Origin: a virus
Taxonomy: Duplodnaviria; Caudoviricetes
DNA length: 41,454 nucleotides
Virus record (IMG/VR): IMGVR_UViG_3300017648_000200
Coordinates: 1-41,454 of that record
Reading direction: 5' to 3' (one strand)
The translations under genes and the position numbers were made by a program. Shown here one piece after another: positions 1 through 8,517 of the stretch. The stretch's first letter is position 1. Each line of letters opens with the position of its first letter. Under the pieces are notes generated by a model. The model saw only the letters and a program-made list of their open reading frames with translations, made no database searches and was not told where the DNA came from.

Positions 1-1386
1 ATGGCGTCGGAAAATTTAGACGGCAATTCTATTCGCAAAATCCAGAATATGCTTCGCAAAGAGCAGACTGGCGACATCCGTGATACGCAATCATCAGGAT
101 TGGCGCTCAGGGCCTATAAAACGAAGGCTTCTTGGATGATGATCCTTCGTGATGGAAAATGGACTATTGCTCCGTTTGAGATGTTTACGGCCGAAGACAT
201 CCCAGCGCTTCGTCAGCTCGTTGTGGAAGCTCGTCAGCTACTAAAGGAAGATCGCGATCCGCAGAATCTTTTTGATGCTTTTCGTGAACAGCGCGATGTC
301 TCACTTGCTAAAAATAAAGCGGCTGTCACCCACGGTATTGGAAAAACGTGGGAAGAGGTGAGAGATGCATATTTAGAATGGGCATCTAATCATAAAGAAA
401 AAGACACTGTTCGCGGCTATAAGTCGGCTCTTGGAGCGACTAAGGGTGACAGCATTCTCGCAAAAGATTTTGAGCCGTTGCACGGAAAACCAGTTGCTTC
501 TATCACGACAAAAGACCTCGTACGCGTGCGATCAAACATTATCGAGCGAGGGCAGGGCGACCTCGTTCGACAAGCAAATTTGACGGTTGCGGCACTTAAA
601 GCTTGCTTCAGCTGGTATTTAAATCAAGCGGATTCACTCATAGAAACATCGCCTGCAGCTCAACTTTCGAAAGCTCTTGAGCGCGCTAAAAAGACTAAAA
701 AATCTCCAGAGCAGGAGAGAACTTTTATACAAGATGAAATTGGTCTACTCATCTACGGTCTTGAATTTGCAACGAATCCAGCCGCAAGACTTTCATTGAT
801 GATCCAGCTCTTCACGGGTCAACGTCGGATAACCCCTCTCGAAGCTCTTAAGTCGGATTTTATCGAGAGTGAAGAATACGGAATGATCTGGCGACTGGAT
901 GACAAAGTAGATGCTTGGCGTACTCTGCCGCTTTCGCCGACTGCAAAAGCGGCTGTTGAATCAGCAATGGCTCTTACTCGCTCAGATAATGATTATCTTT
1001 TTCCGCAACAGCGCGCATATAAAATCGGACAAACGGCCGATGGACACATGAATGAACGAACAGTTAGCACAGTAATCGAAGAACTCAGGGGTGAAGGTGG
1101 TATTCTTGAACCCCTGCCGTTCTCGCCGTCTACTCATCATCTGAGAAAAGCTTTTACCACTACGATGATCCCACGACTGTCAAAATTTGTGGTTGATGGA
1201 AATAGACTTACTAAGAATGATATCAAAATGATCACACACGCGAACGAGGGTCGAGATACTACAGCAACTTCCGTGTATGATAAAAATGAGTATCTTGATA
1301 TAAAATATAAAATTTTATGTGAGTGGGAGCAGTTTTGCTTGGAGGCATACTATAAAGTTAGAGCAAAGATGAAAGCAGGAAATTAG
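1..1386 (+). CDS. int: Tyrosine recombinase / phage integrase with N-terminal arm-binding domain
   Basis: N-terminal RDTQSSGLALR..KASW arm-binding pattern; catalytic R (FTGQRR), K (DDKV), HHLR, H (ITHA), Y (SVYD). Confidence 0.92.
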   Translation: MASENLDGNSIRKIQNMLRKEQTGDIRDTQSSGLALRAYKTKASWMMILRDGKWTIAPFEMFTAEDIPALRQLVVEARQLLKEDRDPQNLFDAFREQRDVSLAKNKAAVTHGIGKTWEEVRDAYLEWASNHKEKDTVRGYKSALGATKGDSILAKDFEPLHGKPVASITTKDLVRVRSNIIERGQGDLVRQANLTVAALKACFSWYLNQADSLIETSPAAQLSKALERAKKTKKSPEQERTFIQDEIGLLIYGLEFATNPAARLSLMIQLFTGQRRITPLEALKSDFIESEEYGMIWRLDDKVDAWRTLPLSPTAKAAVESAMALTRSDNDYLFPQQRAYKIGQTADGHMNERTVSTVIEELRGEGGILEPLPFSPSTHHLRKAFTTTMIPRLSKFVVDGNRLTKNDIKMITHANEGRDTTATSVYDKNEYLDIKYKILCEWEQFCLEAYYKVRAKMKAGN

Positions 1387-1410
1387 AAGGGGAGGCAATT
1401 GCCTCCCCTT
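1387..1410. terminator. Bidirectional intrinsic terminator (perfect 24-bp palindrome)
   Basis: AAGGGGAGGCAATTGCCTCCCCTT between convergent stops at 1386 and 1413. Confidence 0.8.
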
Positions 1411-1412
1411 TA

Positions 1413-1619
1413 TTATTGCAAATGATTTTTTAATTTCAGATGACCGAAAATTTCATCTGCAAGAATCTGCGACATCTTACGCGGATCATCGATGCTGGAA
1501 TTATTCATATACCAGCTATCCGTTCGTCCGCACGTAGGGCACTTGGCTGGCTTCCATCCCCGACCCTCGGTGTCACACTCGACGCAGAGCCAACGCCAAT
1601 TTTGCTCATGCACACTCAT
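1413..1619 (-). CDS. Small Zn-ribbon protein
   Basis: WLCVEC...KCPTCG (two CxxC); overlaps the end of the AAA protease gene. Confidence 0.65.
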   Translation of the reverse strand: MSVHEQNWRWLCVECDTEGRGWKPAKCPTCGRTDSWYMNNSSIDDPRKMSQILADEIFGHLKLKNHLQ

Positions 1620-3762
1620 AATAAGCCTCAGGGAAATCGAAGAATTCCTCGGGTTTCTGCATGCTTTTCAGCAGTCGAAGGCGAGCTTTTGGCTTCAGAA
1701 GCTGGTTGATTTCATCACCAGAAAGTCGGCCTTTTTCAATAAGTGCATTCGCCAGTTTCCGAACATCATCACGTCGTTTTTCGATGATGGTTTTGACTTC
1801 CGACATGCACTCCTGGAGCAACGCCTCGACTTTTTTCTGGACGTCAGGACGGCTCTTAAGCGTTGATAGAACTGTATCGCTTTCAGTCTCAGAAAGAAAA
1901 GTAAGCTGATCTTGCTGTCCAGTCGATAGCCACATCCTAGCACACCAGAAAGTTGCTTCTTTCAAGTCAGACCAGCCGCCATCACCTTTGTCGCCGAACA
2001 CGATTTCTTCGGCTGCCAGACCGCCTAGCAGATGACGAATCATCGTCAAAACTTGGCTTTTTGTCCGTAGATAAATCTCTGATGGTGGTCTGATGATTGC
2101 TACGCAACCACCGTTAAATTCACCTGAATCTGACAATACTGCGCGACAGACTTCCGCATATTCGATTTCTTTGCCGTGCGTTAACGCAACTACGGCGTGT
2201 CCGGCTTCGTGGATTGCTGACCGTGCCAAAGCTTCAGCAGGCATTTGCGCGCGAGCTGGAAGTGCTGCCATCAAATCATCTAGCTTCAGATCACGACGCG
2301 CACGTCGAGCTGTCCGTCTAGCATTGCGTACGAGCGACTCTAACCATGCGCCTGCCATGCCCTGAGTTCCGTTAACAACCGGAGCCAAATCAACGCCGTC
2401 GAGATCGCCTTTCAGATGATATCTGAGGATGCCAGTACGGGCTTCGGCGTCTGGAAGCGGGATTTCGATGACTTTGTCTAGACGGCCGGGGCGACGAAGT
2501 GCGGGGTCGATTTTGTTTGGCAAATTCGTAGCTGCGATAACCACGACACCCGACCGTCCCTCTGATCCGTCGAGACATTCGAGCAATCCGTTAATCGCTT
2601 TGTTGTCATAGCTTTCATTGCCTGAAGTCCCCGAGTTTCGGTCGCCAGCGCTGTCGAATTCATCAATAAAAAGAATGCAAGGTGCTTTTTTTCGGGCTTC
2701 TTCAAAGCTTGCACGCATCGCTTTCAGATAGTCGCCGAGATGTCCTTTGGACTGCCATTGAGCATACGAAGTCATGACAATGTCGACGCCGCATGTGCGC
2801 GCCAAAGCGCTTGCAAACGTGGTTTTTCCTGTTCCTGGCGCGCCAAAGAGCAGGATGCCTTTGTCGACCTCAGACCACGAAATTTCACCGGATTTCCAGT
2901 CGGTAAGGTCGATTGCAAGGTCGCGTCCCCAGTCTCCCGCAGCGCCTAAACCGTGCAGATCATCTAGCGTTGGGCCATCATTTTCAGACCTGTAATCGCC
3001 TCTGGTTTTCGCGATTCCCCCAGTGGTTCCGGCATTCAAATACGTACGTGCCATCGTGATGCTCTGACCCGTTGACCGATCTTTTGAAAAGATTTTCATC
3101 AGCGTGAAAAGCGGAATCTTCACGAGTTGCAGACCGATTTCTTTTGGCAAAAAGAAGCTCGGATCGATGTATTTTTTGACCGCGTTCTCAAGAATTTCGG
3201 GCGTGAGCTTCAGATCTATGTCAGCGTCGGCAAGCTTTTGAATCTCGCTATAAACGGCGTGCTCAGGCGTTGCATAGATGAATACGCGAGTGAAATCGAA
3301 AATATGGCTCAGCAAATTCGTGGCGCTTCTTAGAGCGTCGTCGGCATATGTTTCAAAGTTCACGACTGTCGTTTTTTTGGGCCGATTTCCGTGGTACCGC
3401 TGCTTGAAATTTGCTTCCAGGATGTCTTCAATTCCGGCGTTAAACAGATCGATTTGCTGCTCTTCAGCACGCAAAATAAAAGTGCAAGATGCATTTACAT
3501 CAAAGAATTTTTTACGTGCTTCATCTGAATGAGTGCGCACACTTTCAGCGAAAATTGCATACAGAAGTCCTGATTTAAAATCGTCGATGACGGGGTCAAA
3601 GAAATTGCTTTGCTTCTTATCTTCAGAAACATCATCATCAGAAAATACAAAGTCGTCGTCAGGGAGATTAATCGCGTCTAGAATATCGTGATGTTCAAGA
3701 TCAGCATCCAATTCTTTTGCGACTTCGGATCCGAAGCGTGGCTTGTCATTGTCTTTGCTCAT
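1606..3762 (-). CDS. Soluble FtsH-like AAA+ ATPase fused to an M41 Zn peptidase
   Basis: Walker A GAPGTGKT, Walker B ILFIDEFD, SRH ATNLPNKIDPALRRPGRLD, HEAGH, LGGLAAEE, SDL; no TM segments; SD AAGGAG. Confidence 0.9.
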   Translation of the reverse strand: MSKDNDKPRFGSEVAKELDADLEHHDILDAINLPDDDFVFSDDDVSEDKKQSNFFDPVIDDFKSGLLYAIFAESVRTHSDEARKKFFDVNASCTFILRAEEQQIDLFNAGIEDILEANFKQRYHGNRPKKTTVVNFETYADDALRSATNLLSHIFDFTRVFIYATPEHAVYSEIQKLADADIDLKLTPEILENAVKKYIDPSFFLPKEIGLQLVKIPLFTLMKIFSKDRSTGQSITMARTYLNAGTTGGIAKTRGDYRSENDGPTLDDLHGLGAAGDWGRDLAIDLTDWKSGEISWSEVDKGILLFGAPGTGKTTFASALARTCGVDIVMTSYAQWQSKGHLGDYLKAMRASFEEARKKAPCILFIDEFDSAGDRNSGTSGNESYDNKAINGLLECLDGSEGRSGVVVIAATNLPNKIDPALRRPGRLDKVIEIPLPDAEARTGILRYHLKGDLDGVDLAPVVNGTQGMAGAWLESLVRNARRTARRARRDLKLDDLMAALPARAQMPAEALARSAIHEAGHAVVALTHGKEIEYAEVCRAVLSDSGEFNGGCVAIIRPPSEIYLRTKSQVLTMIRHLLGGLAAEEIVFGDKGDGGWSDLKEATFWCARMWLSTGQQDQLTFLSETESDTVLSTLKSRPDVQKKVEALLQECMSEVKTIIEKRRDDVRKLANALIEKGRLSGDEINQLLKPKARLRLLKSMQKPEEFFDFPEAYYECA

Positions 3763-3853
3763 GGTTTTCTCCTTGTTTGAGCGCTCGACCCAGAAAAAAC
3801 TGGGGAGCTGGCATGCGCATGCGTAGTCCGTGAAAAATGTTCGACGGCCGAAA

Positions 3854-4408
3854 TCAGGCCGTGGCGTAGGTCGTCACGGCTGGAAGACTGGCTTTAAGAT
3901 GCTGGAATGTTCGCGGAGCATAAGCGACGTCTGGAAGGTCGCATCCGACGTCACGGCTCATACCAACGGCGTCCAGATTTCCGTGGCTATGACCATAGAA
4001 GTGGACGGAACCGCGATTGGATGCTGGCCAGACGCGATGAGCATAGTGAGATAAAAAAACCCGTTCGCCGCCGTCAGTCGTCGTGAGAGCGTGCGTGGGT
4101 TCCTGATCCCATTCCAAATCTTTTAGATAAGATAAAACGTTACCATTACGGTCTACATCATGATTTCCGAGAATCAGGATTTTTCTACCATTCAGAAGGC
4201 TAAAAATATGCTTAGCATATGCAGCGCCGCCGAAGCTGAAATCTCCCAAATGGTAAATGATATCAGTAGGACGAACGACTGAATTCCACGCGTCAACGAG
4301 GAAGTCGTCCATTTCGCTAACTGAAGAGAAAGGGCGATTGCAGAGGCCAAGAATGGCTTCGTGCCCGAAATGCGTATCTGCAATATAAAACTTTTGAACG
4401 TAAGCCAT
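3854..4408 (-). CDS. Calcineurin-like metallophosphoesterase
   Basis: DTHFGH, HLGDF, GNHD, SHY, GHSH motifs; start moved to ATG 4408 (SD AAGGAA). Confidence 0.88.
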   Translation of the reverse strand: MAYVQKFYIADTHFGHEAILGLCNRPFSSVSEMDDFLVDAWNSVVRPTDIIYHLGDFSFGGAAYAKHIFSLLNGRKILILGNHDVDRNGNVLSYLKDLEWDQEPTHALTTTDGGERVFLSHYAHRVWPASNRGSVHFYGHSHGNLDAVGMSRDVGCDLPDVAYAPRTFQHLKASLPAVTTYATA

Positions 4409-4411
4409 ATT

Positions 4412-4499
4412 AGGTTCCTTTCGAATACGATTATGCAATAAAAACAGGTAGTTAGCCTGTCGCCTTTTATGCAGTTATTCGTATCGAGAGAAGGAACCT
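4412..4499 (-). promoter_or_regulatory. Long 5'-UTR hairpin that sequesters the phosphoesterase RBS
   Basis: AGGTTCCTT(4412-4420)/AAGGAACCT(4491-4499), TCGAATACGA/TCGTATCGA, TGCAATAAAA/TTTTATGCA, ACAGG/CCTGT nested arms. Confidence 0.65.
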
Positions 4500-4569
4500 C
4501 ATGATTTTACGCCTCGGAAATGACACCGATGCCTGAATTTTGCAGGCACTAATGTCGTGATTTAGACAC

Positions 4570-4598
4570 TATATACTAGGATCTCATTCCTATTTCAA
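4570..4598 (-). promoter_or_regulatory. Sigma70-like promoter of the phosphoesterase-AAA protease operon
   Basis: Minus strand TTGAAA-N17-TATATA. Confidence 0.55.
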
Positions 4599-4604
4599 GC
4601 ATTA

Positions 4605-5510
4605 TTAGTATGACATCGTGCTTGAATCGTGGTCGTCTTCTATTTCGATGAAAACCTTTTTATCGCCGTTGTAATTAAGTACGCGCTTGCAGCTATCTAT
4701 GGCTCCCTGCGGATTTCCCCGCATCAAGCAGACACCGAAAGACTTCCACCATGTCGGAAAATGTGGTTTTTCCGCAATGACGGACATCACATCTTTTATC
4801 AAACCCCCGATAGCATCGTCTGCACGCGATATATGCGACCATGAATCGAGCTTTTCGACGTAATATTTTCGAACCCAAGCGCGATCTGATGATGGGAAAA
4901 TCCGATTTAAAGCTTCGTAGAAGTGCTTTGCTTGGTCTTTGAATGCGGACGTACACATAAATCGCAGGTGTTCAGGAACGGTTTTGATGTCAATTGGATT
5001 AATGCCAGGGTCTTTTTCACCGATGCGCGGTTTTGCAGGCGGAGCTGGCTTCGACACAGATATGCAATCAAAATTGTGCTTCAATGTCCAATTTTCGTAA
5101 ACATCTTTGTGTGCAACTTTTAGATAATCATCTATTTCTTGAAGCAACCCAAAATCAGCAGGAAGCATAAGACCTGTCGGCGATTTAAATGAATATTTCT
5201 TATCAATTGATGAAAAAACAAGCTCGTATAGATCACCTTTAACAGCATTATTTACGGTGTATTTCTGATAAATCTCATTGATAAACTCTTTTTCAAGATC
5301 AGCCCATTCTTTCCAGCAAGAGCTTTTAAAAGTTAAAACAAGAGCTTTTTCGACGATGTATTTCGGCTGCTCTATTTCTATTTTTTGAGCGTCAGCCGAT
5401 TTATAAGTCGTCAGTCTATATAGCACTCGTCCGTCTATGGTACTCTTTTCTACTGTTGATCCATCTTCATCAATATATGTAATACGCGGTTCGGAAAATT
5501 CATTGGTCAT
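4605..5510 (-). CDS. Hypothetical protein, translationally coupled to rep
   Basis: 301-aa ORF, ATGA overlap with the rep stop; AT-rich; no recognised motif. Confidence 0.75.
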   Translation of the reverse strand: MTNEFSEPRITYIDEDGSTVEKSTIDGRVLYRLTTYKSADAQKIEIEQPKYIVEKALVLTFKSSCWKEWADLEKEFINEIYQKYTVNNAVKGDLYELVFSSIDKKYSFKSPTGLMLPADFGLLQEIDDYLKVAHKDVYENWTLKHNFDCISVSKPAPPAKPRIGEKDPGINPIDIKTVPEHLRFMCTSAFKDQAKHFYEALNRIFPSSDRAWVRKYYVEKLDSWSHISRADDAIGGLIKDVMSVIAEKPHFPTWWKSFGVCLMRGNPQGAIDSCKRVLNYNGDKKVFIEIEDDHDSSTMSY

Positions 5511-7342
5511 CTTATATACTCCTCTACATTTAAAGTCTCATTCAATACACGTTCGTTATCAAGTCTTCTTGTAATTTCTTTAATGTCAGCTTCAGACACA
5601 GGAAGAACACCGAATGTTGATTCAACTACAGTTCCCCAATCCCACCATCTAATTGTCAACTTTATTCGATGTGTGTGATCGTGTTCATCGTAATAATAAT
5701 TTTGCAGAATTGGAAAAACTTGCTCTTTAACTTCTTCTTCGTCGAGTTCATCATCCGCCGACCAAATTATTTCTTTTACGCCGTCAAGCTTGCTCTTCGG
5801 TGCTTCTTCATCATCTGCAATGATTTCCGACAAAAATTGTGCAGCAGTATCATCGACACCGAAATCGTCTTCATGTTCAGCTTCGACAGGTTCATCAACG
5901 ACGGTTTCAACCTTTTTCTTTTTGAAATCGGGTGCATCATCATTGGATATCAAATCAGAAAGCAGCTCGGCATCGATGTCAGATACATCGATGCCGATAG
6001 CTTCTTCTTCGATATAGGACACCTGTTCAGCAGCACCTGCCTGGACGTCAGAGAATGAGGGCTTGGTGAATCCAACCGACCGTTTCGGGTGTTTGTGTTC
6101 ACTAATAGAAGCGTGTTTCTTCTTCTGTACGTGATTTGATGCTTCTATTCGGGATGTACGGGCATCTCGTGCGTCGTCTGGCATTTCAAGTGCAATCGCC
6201 CAATTATCTATTGCGATGTCGGGATCGGTGACTTCTTCGGCACAGAATTTGAATGCGGCTTCGTCGGCTCCAAGTCGCTCAATAGCGTTGAGCAAGCGAT
6301 GACCGCGATACTCACGCTGCGTGTATCCCGGCGATATAGGATCTTTGTCCAGCGCTTCTTGGAGCGCAATGAGCCAGGCGTGGTAATAGACGCGATGCTG
6401 GAATTTGCGCTCATTCCAAAAGGTTTTTTCAGCCTTTTTCCATATATTGCTGTTTACGCGGAATTCTGGAGCATCCACGCCGCCGACGTGGCGCTTGTTG
6501 TGTTCACCAGGCTCGAATGTCGCACGCGTCATATGATGGGATGGTGCACGCAAATTTAAATGGAAATCGACGCGGTCTAATGGGCGACCACGGCCTTCTT
6601 TACGGATTTCTTCTATGCGCAGGCCAAAGCGGCGAACCGTAGCCAACTCTTTATCAAGATCATTCAGAACACGCTGACGAAATTTGCCGAAGCTCATGCT
6701 TCCGTCTTTATCAGCTGGAAATCCAGTCCATTGAAACAGGTCTTCCAAGGTCGCCGATACGGTTACTCTGTTACCGCCGTTAGGTGTCCATTTTTCACGC
6801 GCAGCCGCTGCGGCAAGCACTCTATATAAGCGTACCGAATATTTGGATTTCATCTGACTGATGGGCGCGAGTTCGAGATACGCGTATGCGGGCATCTCAC
6901 GCATTAAGATGCGGATCGGCTCCGGCAGGCTGTATTTTATGATGTCTTCTTTTTCATTGCTTTCGAGCCAGCTGAATAAAAGAGGCACGTTTTCAAAGCG
7001 ACGCGTCTTCTTTGAGCCGTAGCTGACTGTTGTCGACATCAGTCGTCTCATAGAGACCTTTAGAGCGTCTCGACGAGCGTGATCTCCGAGAAATTTTAAG
7101 GCTGTTGCGACGGGCAGAGATGTGAAATCGCTGGCCATATCTTTATCGGCTTCATAAGCAGCAGATATCAGCAACTCGTGAAGTGCGGCATCGTCAGCTG
7201 TCAGGATGTCTGCAGAAGTAATTTCTACGGCATCCAGCATTTCCAGCGGACGCGGGCTTTCTGGTGCTATCTTTGTAAGTGATCTCGTAGAGATGGATTC
7301 TGAAATAGAACCGCGTGTTTCTGGCTGTATAAGTTTAGTCAT
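5507..7342 (-). CDS. Plasmid-type replication initiator (Rep_3/RepB-like winged helix) with acidic C-terminal extension
   Basis: YAYLELAPISQMKSKYSVRLY, FGKFRQRVL, KEGRGRPLDRVDF match the Rep_3 pattern; adjacent repeat array; ATG 7342 preferred to TTG 7399. Confidence 0.82.
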   Translation of the reverse strand: MTKLIQPETRGSISESISTRSLTKIAPESPRPLEMLDAVEITSADILTADDAALHELLISAAYEADKDMASDFTSLPVATALKFLGDHARRDALKVSMRRLMSTTVSYGSKKTRRFENVPLLFSWLESNEKEDIIKYSLPEPIRILMREMPAYAYLELAPISQMKSKYSVRLYRVLAAAAAREKWTPNGGNRVTVSATLEDLFQWTGFPADKDGSMSFGKFRQRVLNDLDKELATVRRFGLRIEEIRKEGRGRPLDRVDFHLNLRAPSHHMTRATFEPGEHNKRHVGGVDAPEFRVNSNIWKKAEKTFWNERKFQHRVYYHAWLIALQEALDKDPISPGYTQREYRGHRLLNAIERLGADEAAFKFCAEEVTDPDIAIDNWAIALEMPDDARDARTSRIEASNHVQKKKHASISEHKHPKRSVGFTKPSFSDVQAGAAEQVSYIEEEAIGIDVSDIDAELLSDLISNDDAPDFKKKKVETVVDEPVEAEHEDDFGVDDTAAQFLSEIIADDEEAPKSKLDGVKEIIWSADDELDEEEVKEQVFPILQNYYYDEHDHTHRIKLTIRWWDWGTVVESTFGVLPVSEADIKEITRRLDNERVLNETLNVEEYIR

Positions 7343-7369
7343 TGGTATAGTCTCAGGGCTTATGTATTG

Positions 7370-7399
7370 ATTATGATTTCGTCGGCGCAAATAAGTCAA
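7370..7399 (-). promoter_or_regulatory. rep promoter abutting the first repeat unit
   Basis: Minus strand TTGACT-N18-CATAAT; repeat unit 1 begins at 7403. Confidence 0.55.
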
Positions 7400-7402
7400 G
7401 AC

Positions 7403-7702
7403 GTTTAAATGACATGATTTGAAAACGTGTCATATAGACGACTTTGTTTAGATGACATACTTTGGAATCGTGTCATATAGACATGGGTATTGTTTAGATG
7501 ACACGTTTTTGAGTTGCGTCATCTAAACATATTTTGCGTTTACCTACGTTTATATGACACGTTTTCAAATCATGTCATCTAGTCGGGGTATTGTTTAGAT
7601 GACAAGGTTGGGAATCGTGTCATTTAAACATTTTTGGCGTCTATATGACATGTTTTCGAGACGTGTCATTTAGTCGTGATCCGGGATTCTTGTCATAAAA
7701 AC
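7403..7702. repeat. Array of six 37-bp palindromic units plus one half site; putative iteron origin
   Basis: Consensus GTYTADATGACA-N13-TGTCATHTARAC (right arms deviate in units 3, 4 and 6), starting at 7403, 7446, 7492, 7548, 7593, 7639; half site 7691-7702. Confidence 0.88.
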
Positions 7703-8029
7703 AATGTTGACGAGCGTAGGACGTCAAACGATTTTAGGTCGAAAGTGTCAACACTGATTTTGACGATTCTAAATAGAGCTGTTGGCGGTCGATTTTAGTT
7801 TGTTTTTGAGACTGTACCGTTCCGCTTCGCGGGGGGGTGCTTCGCACGGGTCTGGTAGAGCCTTTTCTTCGGTCGTAGATAGTGCGATTTAGCGGAGCAT
7901 GCTCACGTCGGTGTCGGCCGCTTGACGTTCGACGAGGTTCGAAATTCATCGGCGGATTTAGCGTCGGCTAGTTTCTTGCAACGCCTCGGCTCATCTTTAT
8001 CTCGTAGAGACAGAGAGAGGAGATGGAAT

Positions 8030-8386
8030 ATGCCGCGTCCGGTAAATTTAAGTGCTGCAGGTGTTGCAAAGGCACAGCGACAAGCGAAGTATCGCAATAA
8101 GCTCGTGCAAAGCGGAGAGCCAGAGGCTGATCGTGTAGATACGGCTATTGCGCAGGCATGCGTTGCTCTTTTAGCGCATGTAGATGCCGAGCGCATAGAA
8201 ACCCTCAGACCTGCGCTTCATGCGCTTATTCGTGGCGTTCTGGACATTCTAGATGCAGATGGCTTTGATCGTGGTGCTTCTAGCAAAGTCCTGCGTCGTC
8301 GGATGTCATTACTTGCTCGTCCGGAAATTAATGAATTTGTCGAAAAAGGACGTTTTCATAAGCGTCTCGCAAATTATACAAAATAA
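8030..8386 (+). CDS. Hypothetical basic protein, possible DNA-binding regulator
   Basis: ATG 8030 after GAGGAG; AKAQRQAKYR helix; divergent from rep across the array. Confidence 0.7.
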   Translation: MPRPVNLSAAGVAKAQRQAKYRNKLVQSGEPEADRVDTAIAQACVALLAHVDAERIETLRPALHALIRGVLDILDADGFDRGASSKVLRRRMSLLARPEINEFVEKGRFHKRLANYTK

Positions 8387-8464
8387 GTAGTCCCCCCATT
8401 ACTTCACTTTTTTGAATCCTGAATCTGACGATGCTCTTCGAGACGGATATCGGTAAATAAACGC

Positions 8465-8498
8465 TAGAATCTTGCAGAGCCGACGCGGACGCTATTCT
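8465..8498 (+). promoter_or_regulatory. TAGAATCTTGCA promoter motif, copy 1
   Basis: Exact 12-mer 8465-8476, TATTCT 16 nt downstream. Confidence 0.7.
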
Positions 8499-8517
8499 TC
8501 TATTAAGGAGAATAGTT

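Noticed and set aside
1387-1410. Protelomerase (N15-like) telomere site
   Set aside because: Short palindrome between convergent stops; the adjacent enzyme looks like an arm-binding integrase; the same applies to 36751-36772
1606-3762. Housekeeping ftsH
   Set aside because: No transmembrane or periplasmic domain and located in a prophage; gene symbol withheld
4501-4536. 11-aa plus-strand ORF with SD (MILRLGNDTDA)
   Set aside because: The SD is the anti-SD arm of the leader hairpin read on the other strand; no other support
7403-7675. Units as loxP/dif-like recombination sites
   Set aside because: The 13-bp spacer exceeds the 6-8 bp typical of tyrosine recombinase cores, and there are no cassettes between units
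7403-7702. CRISPR or TIGR-type guide array
   Set aside because: Units are dyads with irregular periods and short, mutually related spacers; no cas or Nop-domain gene recognised; adjacency to rep favours an origin
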